Counted from the first letter of the stretch, positions 9,602 through 19,770 are shown. The stretch is 64,000 bases of DNA from an uncultured Gemmatimonadales bacterium (GCA_947259315.1 CAMYLR010000011.1:72177-136176); one strand, 5' to 3'. The notes: a model not told the origin generated them from the letters alone. A program made the numbers and translations.

Positions 9602-9967
9602 CTGAAAAAAATCGACCTGAACCAGAAGCTCGCATCGGTCAACGAGGTGTACGTCCCCAAGATCGTCGGCGAGCTGAACGGTCAGTACGTCAAAGTCGCC
9701 AAAGTCAAGGGCGACTATCCGTGGCATCATCACGCCGACGAGGACGAGTTGTTCTTGGTCCTCAAGGGGTCGATCACGATCCGGTTCCGAGACGGCGACG
9801 TCGAGCTCGGTGAGGGCGAGATGTGCATCGTGCCGAGCGGCGTTGAGCACAGCCCGACCGCCGACGAGGAAGCCCATATCCTCTTGTTCGAGCCCGTCAC
9901 CACCCGCAACACCGGCAACGTCGATCACGCCTACACGATCGAGGCCGAGGACCTGGAACAGATCTAG
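9602..9967 (+). CDS. Cupin-domain protein (probable CTG start)
   Basis: Cupin motifs G(X)5HXH(X)3-4E...G(X)5PXG(X)2H (PWHHHADEDELFLVLKG...MCIVPSGVEHSP). The conserved N-terminus (L)KKIDLNQKLASVNEVYVPKIV is typical of this cupin family. It lies upstream of the first ATG/GTG and begins at CTG 9602, 7 nt after GGAGG and immediately after an in-frame TAG. The track start is GTG 9647. Confidence 0.6.
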   Translation: MKKIDLNQKLASVNEVYVPKIVGELNGQYVKVAKVKGDYPWHHHADEDELFLVLKGSITIRFRDGDVELGEGEMCIVPSGVEHSPTADEEAHILLFEPVTTRNTGNVDHAYTIEAEDLEQI

Positions 9968-10087
9968 CGCTCAACCCTCCACCAGTCTGCAATGGCGCTT
10001 TGAGCGCCTCGTCCCGATTTGTAGTCCTTCTTCACATCACGCATCGACGCCAGCCCAGACACGTGGTACGCCACGCGAGGAGGTGGA

Positions 10088-11066
10088 ATGAACGCGACAT
10101 GTGTTCGAAGGACGGCTTACGGTGTTGCCGCGGTTGCTCTAGCGGCTGTTGGCCAGGAACGGACGGTCTACGCACAGGTCGCGGAGACCGTTGCGTCGGT
10201 TGAGGTCACGACGGTAACCGACACGTTGCCGGCAGCGGTCGGCGGTCTCACCGTTGACCGACTCGGCCACGTCTACGTAGCCGACTTTGGCGAACGAGTA
10301 TGGAAAGTCTCTCCGTTCGGCGAGGTGACTGAGCTGGCGACGGGGCTCTACGGGGCCTCTGGCAACGCCGTCGATTCCCATGGCACCCTGTTTCAGGCCA
10401 ACTTCTTTGGCAACACGATCAGCCGGATCTCACGTGACGGAACGACGGAGACCTTTGCTGCCGGGTTCAACGGACCGGTGGGGATCTCGATCGAACCGGG
10501 TGTACCGCGTGACGCTCGACGGTGACGTCACGACGGTCGCTGGCACCGGAGCGTTTAGCGCCACCGATGGCCCAGGACCCCAGGCGACATTCGCGACGCC
10601 GAACGGGATCGCCTACGATGCGGTCCGCGATCGTCTGTACACCAACGACTACCTGATCCCGTTCTCGCAGCGGCGGTTTGTGCCGCCGAGGAGCGTCGTC
10701 CGGCAGATCCGTTTCCCGACGCTCACCGAAAGCTTTAATGCAGCCTACGAGGCGGGTGGAATCGATGCTGCCGTGGCTGCGCAGAACGCGTACCGTGAGT
10801 CACGGCCCGGGCGATTCACCGAGCTCGAGGTGAATGCGCTCGGGTATCAGATCATGAGCACCGGCAACGTGCAGGACGCGATCGCCGTCTTCAAGCTCAA
10901 CGTCGAGGCGTACCCGAACTCGTTCAACGTCTACGACAGTCTGGCCGAAGGGTACAAAGTGGCCGGCGAGCGCGATCTGGCGATCGAGTTCTACGAGAAG
11001 TCGCTCGAGCTAAACCCCGCCAACACGAACGCGGTGAGCATGTTGGAGGAATTGGGCGCGCGCTAG
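10088..11066 (+). pseudogene. NHL-repeat beta-propeller / TPR protein disrupted by a frameshift near 10490-10525
   Basis: Track ORFs 10088..10525 and 10380..11066 overlap in different frames. The first carries a signal peptide and NHL-like repeats (VYVADFGERVWKV, GTLFQANFFGNTISRIS). The second continues the NHL repeats (NRVYRVTLDGDVTTVAG, LYTNDYL) and then a TPR domain (AIAVFKLNVEAYPNSFNVYDSLAEGY...AIEFYEKSLELNP). The two read as one protein only after a +1 shift. Confidence 0.55.
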
Positions 11067-11098
11067 CGCTTCAGACGCTTACTCGCGCCGGGCGTAGA

Positions 11099-13093
11099 TT
11101 GGCCGCCATGATCATCGGCGCCGACACCGGTGGTACGTTTACCGACTTCGTCGCTGCGGACGAGTCTGGGGTTTGGACGTGGAAGGTTCCTTCGACGCCC
11201 GACGATTTCGCTCGTGGTGTGTTGAGCGGGTTGGAGCAGCTCTTCGCGGAGCGTGGGGGTCGAGGCGCTAGCCAATCTGACGTCACGCTAGTCCACGCTT
11301 CGACGGTCGCGACCAACGCGCTCCTCGAGCGAAAGGGGGCGCGCACTGCGCTGATCACGACCCGCGGTTTCAAAGACGTGTTGGCGATCGGCCGCCAAAC
11401 GCGCCCGCACCTGTACGACTTGGCGGCACACCCAGCCCCACCCGTTGTCCCCAGTGGTTTGCGTTTCGAGGTCAGTGAGCGTGTGACGGCTGACCGAGAG
11501 GTCCTCGAGCGGTTGCAACCGGCAGAGATCGAGCGTGTCCTCGATCAGGTCGTAGCGGCCGATGTCGAGTCGCTGGCCGTCTGCCTGTTGTTCTCGTTCC
11601 TCGTTCCGGAGCATGAGCGGGCGATCGGCGAAGCGGCGAGAGCCCGGGGTCTGGAAGTCTCTCTATCGTGCGAGATCGCACCCGAGTTTCGCGAGTACGA
11701 GCGCACCAGCACGACGGTCGTCAACGCGTACGTGGCGCCGGTGGTTCGCCGCTACTTGGAGCGATTGGCCAAGGGGGCGGTAAGCGCTGGTGTGAGTCGC
11801 CTGCAGGTCGTCCACTCGGCGGGCGGGAGCTTGAGCCCTCGAGCGGCAACGGAGCGCGCGGTCGCGACGGTGCTATCCGGCCCCGCCGCGGGCGTGATGG
11901 GAGCGCTCGAGGTGGCCCGCCAGACGATAGGACCGGATCCGAAGGTGATCTCGCTCGACATGGGTGGAACGTCGGCCGACCTGTCGCTGATCGACGGTCA
12001 GCTCGGGAAAACGACCCAAACTGTAATCGGTGGTCTGCCGATTCAGGCGTCGATGGTCGACATCCATACCGTCGGCGCGGGGGGCGGCTCGATCGCCCGG
12101 CTCGACGCTGGCGGGGCGCTGCAAGTCGGTCCGGAGAGCGCGGGGGCGGATCCTGGGCCAGCCTGTTACGGTCGCGGAGACGCGGCGACCGTCACCGACG
12201 CGAACCTGGTGCTGCAACGCATCGCTCCAGATCACTTCCTCGGTGGTCGCATGGCGCTCGACGTGGCGCGCGGCGAAGCGGTGATCGATCAACTCGCACG
12301 GTCGATGGGCGTCGATCGGAGAGCTGCGGCGCACAGCGTTGTGACGGTCGTTAACGCGAACATGGAGCGCGCGGTGCGCGTGATCTCGGTTCAACGGGGC
12401 CACGATCCACGCGACTTTGCGCTGGTTGCGTTTGGCGGCGCGGCTGGGCTCCACGCCTGCGCGCTGGCCGAGTCACTCGGGATAACGCACGTGATCGTAC
12501 CCCGCGATCCGGGTGTCTTGTCGGCGCTGGGGGCCACCGAGAGCGACGTCGCAAAGGAGTACGGCCGCACGGTCATGCAGCCGCTGGGGCCAAACGCCGC
12601 TTTCGCAAGTGTATTTGGGGATCTGGAGACGAAGGCTCGAGCGGCGCTCGATCGAGAGCGGGTCGATCCTCGATCGGTCGTCGTTACGCGCACCGCTGAT
12701 GCTCGATACCGCGGTCAATCGCACGAGTTGACGATCGATTGGCACGACGATGTGGCTGATGTCGCTGCGACATTCCACGCCACTCACCAGCGATACCATG
12801 GTTATCGCGCCGACAACGAGCCGATCGAGATCGTGACCCTGCGGCTTCGCGCGGCGGCCACCGTCGAACGACCGCCTCCTATCGAATTGGACGGCGGGGC
12901 CGGCGTCGAGGAGGCCACGCTTAGTATCCGCGATGATGTAGCGGTCATCGATCGGTTGGCGCTGGCAGCCGGTGTTCGCATGGTTGGATCGGCGCTGTTG
13001 GTCGAACCCTACGCCACGACGTATCTACCGTCCGGTTGGGAAGCGACAGTCGATGCGCACGGTCATCTCATGCTCGTTTCAGAGGCAGCTTGA
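11099..13093 (+). CDS. hyuA: Hydantoinase/oxoprolinase family, A (HyuA-like) subunit
   Basis: N-terminal MIIGADTGGTFTDFVA (ASKHA ATPase fold), and VISLDMGGTSADLSLI. Its 664 aa length is typical of N-methylhydantoinase A, acetone carboxylase beta and oxoprolinase A. Confidence 0.85.
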   Translation: MAAMIIGADTGGTFTDFVAADESGVWTWKVPSTPDDFARGVLSGLEQLFAERGGRGASQSDVTLVHASTVATNALLERKGARTALITTRGFKDVLAIGRQTRPHLYDLAAHPAPPVVPSGLRFEVSERVTADREVLERLQPAEIERVLDQVVAADVESLAVCLLFSFLVPEHERAIGEAARARGLEVSLSCEIAPEFREYERTSTTVVNAYVAPVVRRYLERLAKGAVSAGVSRLQVVHSAGGSLSPRAATERAVATVLSGPAAGVMGALEVARQTIGPDPKVISLDMGGTSADLSLIDGQLGKTTQTVIGGLPIQASMVDIHTVGAGGGSIARLDAGGALQVGPESAGADPGPACYGRGDAATVTDANLVLQRIAPDHFLGGRMALDVARGEAVIDQLARSMGVDRRAAAHSVVTVVNANMERAVRVISVQRGHDPRDFALVAFGGAAGLHACALAESLGITHVIVPRDPGVLSALGATESDVAKEYGRTVMQPLGPNAAFASVFGDLETKARAALDRERVDPRSVVVTRTADARYRGQSHELTIDWHDDVADVAATFHATHQRYHGYRADNEPIEIVTLRLRAAATVERPPPIELDGGAGVEEATLSIRDDVAVIDRLALAAGVRMVGSALLVEPYATTYLPSGWEATVDAHGHLMLVSEAA

Positions 13094-14697
13094 AACCGCG
13101 GCTGGCAGCGGCCGCGGAGCGATCGCTCTTTGCCGGACTTTTCGCCAGCATCGCCGACGAGATGTTGGCGACGTTGATACGCACGGCGTACTCGCCAAAC
13201 ATCAAGGAGCGGCGCGACTGCTCGACGGCGCTCTTCGACGGTCAGGGTCAGCTAGTCGCCCAAGCCGCGGCGATTCCGGTTCACCTCGGCGCGATGCCGC
13301 TATCGGTCGCTGCAGTGCTCAGCGCGTTCGATGAATGGCAACCGGGTGACGTCGTGGCGCTCAACGACCCGTTCCGCGGTGGTACTCACCTACCCGACGT
13401 AACGATGGTGAGCCCGGTTTTCACGGGCGATAGTGAGGAACTGTTCGCTTTTCTCGCTTCGCGCGCGCACCACGCCGACATGGGCGGCGCGACGCCGGGG
13501 TCGATGCCGTTGAGCCGCGACGTGTACCAGGAAGGGCTGCGGATCCCGCCGACCAAGATCGTCGTCGCTGGCTCACGTCGCGATGACATCTGGAACATTT
13601 TGCTGGCCAACGTTCGAACACCTACAGAGCGACGTGGGGATCTTCGCGCGCAAGTGGCGGCGCACACGGTCGGCGCAAGGCGGCTCGGGGACGTGCTCAC
13701 AAAGCATGGGAGGATCCAGCTGGCGACGCGCATGAGCGATCTCATCGAGTATGGCGAAAGCCTGATGCGCGCGGTCGTAGCCGCGATCCCGGATGGCCAG
13801 TACCGGTTCGAGGATGCGCTCGATGACGACGGGTTTGGGACCGAGACGATACCGATCGTCGTCACGGCAACGGTGGCTGGGGACCGCGCCGAGATCGACT
13901 TCGCCGGCACGGCACCGGCTTGCGAAGGGGGCGTCAACGCCGTCGAGGCGATCACCCTGTCGGCGGTTCGATACTGCTTCTTGTGTCTGATGGCGACGCG
14001 TTGGGAAGGGGCCCCCGTCGGTACCGGCGAACCACCGCTCAACGCGGGTTGCTTTCGGCCGATCGAGGTCGTCGCGCCGGCGGGAACGGTCGTCAACGCC
14101 GGACCACCCCACGGCGTGGCCGCCGGCAACGTCGAGACGTCACAACGCATCGTCGACGTCGTCCTCGGTGCCTTAGCTCAAGCGCTGCCGGACGTCATCC
14201 CGGCCGCGTCTCAGGGTACGATGAACAACGTGACGTTGGGTGGGCGACATCCCGAGTCTGGTCAGCCGTACGCGTTCTACGAGACGATCGCCGGGGGCAC
14301 CGGCGCCGGCCCGCTGGGTCCGGGGCTCGACGGCGCGCACGCCCACATGACCAACACGTGGAACACACCGGTCGAGGCGCTCGAGTTCGCCTACCCGTTC
14401 CGCGTCGAGCGGTACGCGATTCGTGACGGGTCTGGTGGCGATGGCCGGCGGCGAGGTGGAAACGGCCTGTGTCGCGAGATCCGGGTTCTCGGACGCGCCC
14501 AAGGCACGTTGATCTCCGAGCGACGCCGATCGAGGCCCTACGGGTTGGCGGGTGGCGACCCGGGTCAGGCCGGCGAGGATATAGTGTTGCGGGACGGGGA
14601 GATACACCCCTTGGGAGCGAAGGCGGTACTCGACCTGGCTGCCGGCGACGTGGTGCGGGTCAGCACTCCCGGAGGTGGGGGGTGGGGAAGACCCTGA
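13090..14697 (+). CDS. hyuB: Hydantoinase/oxoprolinase family, B (HyuB-like) subunit
   Basis: Conserved HyuB N-terminus (...LATLIRTAYSPNIKERRDCSTALFD), then GDVVALNDPFRGGTHLPD. The TTG start at 13090 overlaps the hyuA stop (TTGA), which suggests translational coupling. The track start at 13036 is an upstream, out-of-context extension. Confidence 0.85.
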   Translation: MKPRLAAAAERSLFAGLFASIADEMLATLIRTAYSPNIKERRDCSTALFDGQGQLVAQAAAIPVHLGAMPLSVAAVLSAFDEWQPGDVVALNDPFRGGTHLPDVTMVSPVFTGDSEELFAFLASRAHHADMGGATPGSMPLSRDVYQEGLRIPPTKIVVAGSRRDDIWNILLANVRTPTERRGDLRAQVAAHTVGARRLGDVLTKHGRIQLATRMSDLIEYGESLMRAVVAAIPDGQYRFEDALDDDGFGTETIPIVVTATVAGDRAEIDFAGTAPACEGGVNAVEAITLSAVRYCFLCLMATRWEGAPVGTGEPPLNAGCFRPIEVVAPAGTVVNAGPPHGVAAGNVETSQRIVDVVLGALAQALPDVIPAASQGTMNNVTLGGRHPESGQPYAFYETIAGGTGAGPLGPGLDGAHAHMTNTWNTPVEALEFAYPFRVERYAIRDGSGGDGRRRGGNGLCREIRVLGRAQGTLISERRRSRPYGLAGGDPGQAGEDIVLRDGEIHPLGAKAVLDLAAGDVVRVSTPGGGGWGRP

Positions 14698-14776
14698 CAG
14701 CTGCTGCTGGACAAGCGGTCGCCACCCCACCAAATTGGTAGTCATCACAGGCCTAACCTGACCAATGGAGGCGTGC

Positions 14777-17700
14777 GTGCGTACCCATCCGCTCTTGGTC
14801 CCCCACGCTCTTGTAGCAGGCTTGATCGCTTTGATCGCCTGCTCGGAAGATTCCCCCACAGCGCCTAGCGATCAAACGGTTCGTCCACCGGCGGCGGTCC
14901 TCCGTGCGTCCAGCGGCGACGCCTACGTGGCCGGCCGCGTACTGGTGGAGTTCAAACCCGGCGCCAATGAAACGGCGATCGCTAACAGCCAGGGCGCGGC
15001 GATGGGGAGGCGCTACCTCCGAAAGATCAGGATGCTGCACGTGACCAACGGCCAGGAGATGCGCATCGTGCAAGCGCTGCGCAGGCGGGCGGACGTTGTG
15101 TTCGCCGAGCCCGATTACATCCGCACGATCGACATCGGCTGCCCGTCGTGCTCGGTGCCGACCGACGCGCTGTTTGGACAAAAGTGGGATCTCGACAACG
15201 ACGGCACGGTCAGATCCGAGACGGGTGGGGTTCTGGCCAACACAGGTCAGGTTGACGCTGACATGGATTGGCTCGAGGCGTACGATCATCTCGGCCCGCA
15301 GTTCAGCGGGTCGGCCCGCATAGCGATCCTTGACACTGGGATTCGAGCCACGCACCAGGACATCGTAGGGCGGGTCGCCGTCCAGTTCGACTTCGTGAAT
15401 CAGGACCCGGACGCAGCTGACGATCAGGGACACGGCACCCACGTAGCCGGGATCGCTGGAGCGCGTGGAAACAATGCCATCGGTGTTTCGGGTGTCGCTT
15501 ACGGCGCCAATATCGATTTCGCCATCGCCAAGGTTTGCCGGGTGACGGTGATCAGCGCCGAGTGCGCTAGCTCGGACATCATCGACGGGATCGACTGGGC
15601 GGTGCTGAACGGCGCCAACGTCATAAACATGAGCTTTGGCGGCGACACGCCGTCTGCCGGTGAGCAGACCGCCCTCCAGGCGGCTCGCGCCGCTGGAGTG
15701 CTGCCGTTTTGTGCGGCTGGCAACAACGCTGGTCCGGTGATCTACCCGGCCGCATTCCCGGAATGCGTAGCGGTCAGCGCCACCGACTGGGGCGATAACC
15801 TCGCCAGCTACTCGAACTCCGGACCCGAGGTCGAGTTGTCCGCACCGGGCGGCGACTTTGAGAACCTCTTCGGCTACAGCCAGATCTTCTCGCCGTGCTT
15901 TGATAGCGATAGCGCCTACTGCTACAAATCCGGTACATCGATGGCGTCGCCAAATGCGGCCGGGCTTGGAGCGCTCATTTACGCGGTCGGTCTAACCGAC
16001 GACGACGCGGTGCTCAATCAGATGAAGAGCACCGCGGATGACCTCGGTCCGGCCGGCGTCGATAATCAGTTTGGTCACGGCCGCATCAACGCCTTCCAGG
16101 CGATCCAGAACTTGACGCCCGGTGACCCCAACCAATCACCGACCGCGGCGTTCACGTATTCCTGCAACGATCTCGATTGCGGGTTCACCGATCAGAGCAC
16201 CGACTCGGACGGTACCATCGTTTCATGGAGTTGGACGTTTGGTGACGGCGGGACGTCGACGCTCCAGAACCCGTCTCACACGTACGCTTGCAGCGGCGAC
16301 TATTCGGTTACGCTGCGGGTGACCGATGACGGTGGCCGCTCGGGCATCGATTCTCAAACGGTCAGCGTGACCGCCAGCACCGGGCCGCCTGGTGGTCCGG
16401 GCGATATAGCGGACCTCATGATGTGGTTGCAAGCGGACGCGATTACTGGCCTCAACGACGGCGACCCGGTATCGAGCTGGTCCGACTTGTCTGGGAGCTG
16501 CAATCCGGCTACGCAAGGGACGGCGTCCAAGCAGCCAGCTTACAGGGTCAATCAGGTGAATGGCTTGCCGGCGGTCGTATTCGATGCCACCGACGACGGC
16601 ATGTCGACGACCGCGAACCCCGGCACAGCGACGACGATCGTCGCCGTGTACGCGTCCCGCGCGGGCGCGTCGGGCAAGATGCTCAATGGCGGTTTCTCGT
16701 TCTTTATGGGTCCCTACGTCAGCTTCTATCGCAACTTCACCTTCGCCTATGTGACCGGCCCGGGCGTGACGAGCGGTCGATGGGTGATCCACACATTGCG
16801 GCAATCGTCGTCGTCGGCAGAGATGCACTTCGATGGCGCGCTGATCGGTTCGACGGGCTCAGTGTCGAACCCGGGAAGCATCTTGCTGGCGAAGCAGGGC
16901 ACGTACGGTGAACAGCTGGACGGGTCGATCGCCGAGGTGTTGGTCTACAACCGCACGCTGACCGATACCGAGCTCGGCGACGTCCACAACTTCTTGTCGA
17001 CCAAGTACACGGCGCCACCGGGGAACGCATCACCGACGGCCGCGTTTAGCTCGAACTGCACAGACCTTGACTGCACATTTACCGATCAGAGTACCGACTC
17101 GGATGGCAGCGTAGTCTCGTGGAGCTGGGACTTTGGCGACGGCAACACGTCGACGGCTCAGAACCCGTCGCACAGCTACGCCGCGGCGGGCACGTATTCG
17201 GTGTCGCTGACGGTGACCGATAACGAGGGTGCGACGGACGCCACATCATCGGATGTGACGGTGACGGCGCCGGCGGCGAACGTGCCGCCGACAGCGGCAT
17301 TCTCGTCGAGCTGCACGGATCTCGGCTGCAACTTCACGGACCAGAGCACCGACTCCGATGGCAGTGTCGTGTCGTGGAGCTGGGACTTTGGCGACGGCAA
17401 CACGTCGACGGCTCAGAACCCGTCGCACAGCTACGCCGCGGCGGGCACGTACTCGGTGTCGCTGACGGTGACCGACGACGACGGCGATTCCGACGCGACA
17501 TCGAATAACGTGACCGTTACCGAGCCCGGACCGTTCGACCCGAGCGATGTGCCGGATCTCCTGATGTGGCTCAAGGCGGATGCGATCACCGGTCTCAGCG
17601 ACGGCGATAAGGTGTCGACATGGCCAGACGCTTCGGGCAACGGCAAGCACGCGACCCAGTCCTCGAACTCGAAGAAGCCGAAGTACCGAACGAACCAGGT

Positions 17701-19303
17701 GAACGGTCTCCCGGCGGTCGAATTCGACGCTTCGAACGACGGAATGTCGACCAGCGCCAACTCGCCGACGACGACGACGATCATCGCCGTCTACAAGTCA
17801 CGCACGGGGGCTTCGGGCAAGTTGCTCAACGCTGGCTTCTCGTTCTTTATGGGGCCGTACGTCAGCTTCTACCGCAACTACACGTTTGCGTACGTGAACG
17901 GCCCGGCCGTCACGAGCGGTCGGTGGATAACCCAGACACTGCGTCAATCGTCGTCGTCGGCAGAGCTCCACATCGACGGTGCTTTCGTTGGGTCGACGGG
18001 GTCGGTCTCGAACCCGGGGAGTATCCTGCTCGCGCGACAGGGCACGTACGGTGAGCGGTTGGACGGTTCGATCGCCGAGGTGTTGGTCTACAGCCGAACT
18101 CTGACCGACACCGAGCTCAGTGATGTCCACGACTGGCTATCGAACAAGTATGTGGCACCGCCGGGTAATGCGTCGCCGACGGCGGCGTTTAGCTCGAGCT
18201 GCACGGATCTCGACTGCAACTTCACCGACCAGAGCACCGACTCCGACGGCAGCGTGGTGTCGTGGAGCTGGGACTTTGGCGACGGCAACACGTCGACGGC
18301 TCAGAACCCGTCGCACAGCTATGCGGCGGCAGGGACGTATACGGTTTCGCTGACGGTGACCGATAACGAGGGTGCGACCGACGCCGCGTCATCCGATGTG
18401 ACCGTGACGGACCCGGCGGTGAATGTCCCGCCGGCGGCGGCGTTTGGTTCAAGTTGTACGGATCTCGACTGCAACTTTACCGACGAGAGCACCGACTCCG
18501 ACGGCAGCGTGGTGTCGTGGAGCTGGGACTTTGGCGATGGGAACACGTCGACGGCGCAGAATCCGTCGCACAGCTATGCCGCGGCGGGGACGTACACGGT
18601 GTCGCTGACGGTGACCGACGACGACGGTGACTCCGACGCGACCTCGAGTGATGTGACGGTTACTGAGCCGGGCTCATTTGACCCGAGTGACGTGCCAGAT
18701 CTGCTGACGTGGCTCAAGGCCGATGCGATTACCGGTCTCAACGACGGTGATCCGGTAGGGACGTGGCCCGACGCATCGGGTAACGGAAAGGACGCTACTC
18801 AGACGACGTCGTGGAGGCGGCCGATCTACGCAACGAACCAGGTCAACGGCCTGCCCGCGCTGAAGTTCGACGCTTTCAACGACGGCATGGTGACCAGCGC
18901 GAATCCGCCCAAGTCTTCGACGATCATCGCCGTTTACAAGTCGAACGCGGGAGCCTCGGGCAAGACGTTGAACGGTGGGTTCTCGTACTTCATCGGCCCG
19001 TACGTCAGCTTCTACCGCAACTACACCGGTGCATTTGTGACCGGACCGGGGGTGACCTCGGGTCGCTGGTTGATCCACACGATTCGCCAGGGCTCACGCG
19101 CTGAGTTGTTCATCGACGGTGTGGCAAACGGCTCGACGAACCGGACCGCAAATCCGGGCAACATCTTGCTGGCCGGGTCGGGGACCTATGGCCAGAAGCT
19201 AGATGGCTCGATATCCGAGGTGTTGGTGTACAGCCGGACGCTGACCGATACCGAGTTGGCGGACGTCCACGCCTGGCTCCAGGCGCGGTACGCGATCCCG
19301 TAG
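14777..19303 (+). CDS. Secreted lipoprotein subtilase (peptidase S8) followed by PKD and LamG (concanavalin-like) domains in the order PKD-LamG-PKD-PKD-LamG-PKD-PKD-LamG
   Basis: GTG 14777 lies 5 nt after GGAGG. Lipobox LIALIAC. I9-like propeptide, then the S8 catalytic triad: D (AILDTGI), H (HGTHVAG) and S (GTSMASP). PKD domains of the form C.DL.C.FTDQSTDSDG..VSWSWDFGDGNTSTAQNPSH.Y...GTY.VSLTVTD. LamG_3-like domains ending in LDGSIAEVLVY.RTLTDTEL. The track start is 14765. Confidence 0.85.
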   Translation: MRTHPLLVPHALVAGLIALIACSEDSPTAPSDQTVRPPAAVLRASSGDAYVAGRVLVEFKPGANETAIANSQGAAMGRRYLRKIRMLHVTNGQEMRIVQALRRRADVVFAEPDYIRTIDIGCPSCSVPTDALFGQKWDLDNDGTVRSETGGVLANTGQVDADMDWLEAYDHLGPQFSGSARIAILDTGIRATHQDIVGRVAVQFDFVNQDPDAADDQGHGTHVAGIAGARGNNAIGVSGVAYGANIDFAIAKVCRVTVISAECASSDIIDGIDWAVLNGANVINMSFGGDTPSAGEQTALQAARAAGVLPFCAAGNNAGPVIYPAAFPECVAVSATDWGDNLASYSNSGPEVELSAPGGDFENLFGYSQIFSPCFDSDSAYCYKSGTSMASPNAAGLGALIYAVGLTDDDAVLNQMKSTADDLGPAGVDNQFGHGRINAFQAIQNLTPGDPNQSPTAAFTYSCNDLDCGFTDQSTDSDGTIVSWSWTFGDGGTSTLQNPSHTYACSGDYSVTLRVTDDGGRSGIDSQTVSVTASTGPPGGPGDIADLMMWLQADAITGLNDGDPVSSWSDLSGSCNPATQGTASKQPAYRVNQVNGLPAVVFDATDDGMSTTANPGTATTIVAVYASRAGASGKMLNGGFSFFMGPYVSFYRNFTFAYVTGPGVTSGRWVIHTLRQSSSSAEMHFDGALIGSTGSVSNPGSILLAKQGTYGEQLDGSIAEVLVYNRTLTDTELGDVHNFLSTKYTAPPGNASPTAAFSSNCTDLDCTFTDQSTDSDGSVVSWSWDFGDGNTSTAQNPSHSYAAAGTYSVSLTVTDNEGATDATSSDVTVTAPAANVPPTAAFSSSCTDLGCNFTDQSTDSDGSVVSWSWDFGDGNTSTAQNPSHSYAAAGTYSVSLTVTDDDGDSDATSNNVTVTEPGPFDPSDVPDLLMWLKADAITGLSDGDKVSTWPDASGNGKHATQSSNSKKPKYRTNQVNGLPAVEFDASNDGMSTSANSPTTTTIIAVYKSRTGASGKLLNAGFSFFMGPYVSFYRNYTFAYVNGPAVTSGRWITQTLRQSSSSAELHIDGAFVGSTGSVSNPGSILLARQGTYGERLDGSIAEVLVYSRTLTDTELSDVHDWLSNKYVAPPGNASPTAAFSSSCTDLDCNFTDQSTDSDGSVVSWSWDFGDGNTSTAQNPSHSYAAAGTYTVSLTVTDNEGATDAASSDVTVTDPAVNVPPAAAFGSSCTDLDCNFTDESTDSDGSVVSWSWDFGDGNTSTAQNPSHSYAAAGTYTVSLTVTDDDGDSDATSSDVTVTEPGSFDPSDVPDLLTWLKADAITGLNDGDPVGTWPDASGNGKDATQTTSWRRPIYATNQVNGLPALKFDAFNDGMVTSANPPKSSTIIAVYKSNAGASGKTLNGGFSYFIGPYVSFYRNYTGAFVTGPGVTSGRWLIHTIRQGSRAELFIDGVANGSTNRTANPGNILLAGSGTYGQKLDGSISEVLVYSRTLTDTELADVHAWLQARYAIP
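17030..19303 (+). repeat. Intragenic tandem duplication: two ~1.14-kb PKD-PKD-LamG units (~17030-18165 and ~18166-19303). A third partial PKD-LamG unit lies at ~16138-17010.
   Basis: Long stretches are near-identical at the DNA level. An example is ggcagcgt.gt.tcgtggagctgggactttggcgacggcaacacgtcgacggctcagaacccgtcgcacagctacgccgcggcgggcacgta, which occurs at ~17100, ~17360, ~18245 and ~18505. The LamG segments at 17530-18160 and 18670-19303 are collinear. Confidence 0.75.
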
Positions 19304-19316
19304 GTCAAGAGGGGGA

Positions 19317-19667
19317 CTAGCGCCTACCGGTACGAATAACGATCTCGCCGTCGCGGCCGATCACGATGTCGCCCTGCCGGGTGCGACCGCGGCGGCGGGT
19401 GTCGAACAGGACATCCCGACCGAGCCCGAACCCCTTCCGCAAACACCAACGCCGCCCGTGTACGGGGTGACCCGCGCCTGAGCGGCAGAACGACGGGCCT
19501 CGGCCGCGGCGGTTCTGACCGCGGAAGAGATCGTCGTCCAGAACGATGACCAACCGGCCATCTCGGTCGTTTCCACCTCCGCGGCCGCGTCCCTGGGCCC
19601 ACAGATCGCTCGCCCCGGCGATCGTCAGAACCAGCGCGGCCGCCAAAATCCAACCCGACTTGCTCAT
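19317..19667 (-). CDS. Small secreted Arg/Gly-rich protein of unknown function
   Basis: Signal peptide MSKSGWILAAALVLTIAGASDLWAQG, then a low-complexity RGRGGGNDRDGR region. AGGTG lies upstream of the ATG. Divergent from the MarR-GNAT gene. The extreme composition means a spurious high-GC ORF cannot be excluded. Confidence 0.4.
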   Translation of the reverse strand: MSKSGWILAAALVLTIAGASDLWAQGRGRGGGNDRDGRLVIVLDDDLFRGQNRRGRGPSFCRSGAGHPVHGRRWCLRKGFGLGRDVLFDTRRRGRTRQGDIVIGRDGEIVIRTGRR

Positions 19668-19755
19668 TCACACCTCTGTTCAGTCACGGCGACCCAGCCT
19701 CTGTTACCCGGTCGATCGCGTCGCGATCCCACTTGGTGGACGACTCGCATGGTTA

Positions 19756-19770
19756 GTTGTATAATACAAC
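19756..19770. promoter_or_regulatory. Perfect 15-bp palindrome GTTGTATAATACAAC that embeds a TATAAT -10 hexamer; candidate MarR operator/promoter
   Basis: It sits in an AT-rich island of the divergent intergenic region, 45 nt upstream of the MarR-GNAT start. Arms 7-1-7 are perfectly complementary. TATAAT lies at ~19760-19765. Confidence 0.45.

Noticed and set aside
9428-9928. 166-aa reverse-strand ORF overlapping the cupin gene
   Set aside because: The cupin frame on the + strand has clear motifs. The reverse ORF has no RBS or domain signal.
11668-12354. 228-aa alternative-frame ORF inside hyuA
   Set aside because: Arg/Gly-rich out-of-frame translation of a well-supported gene.
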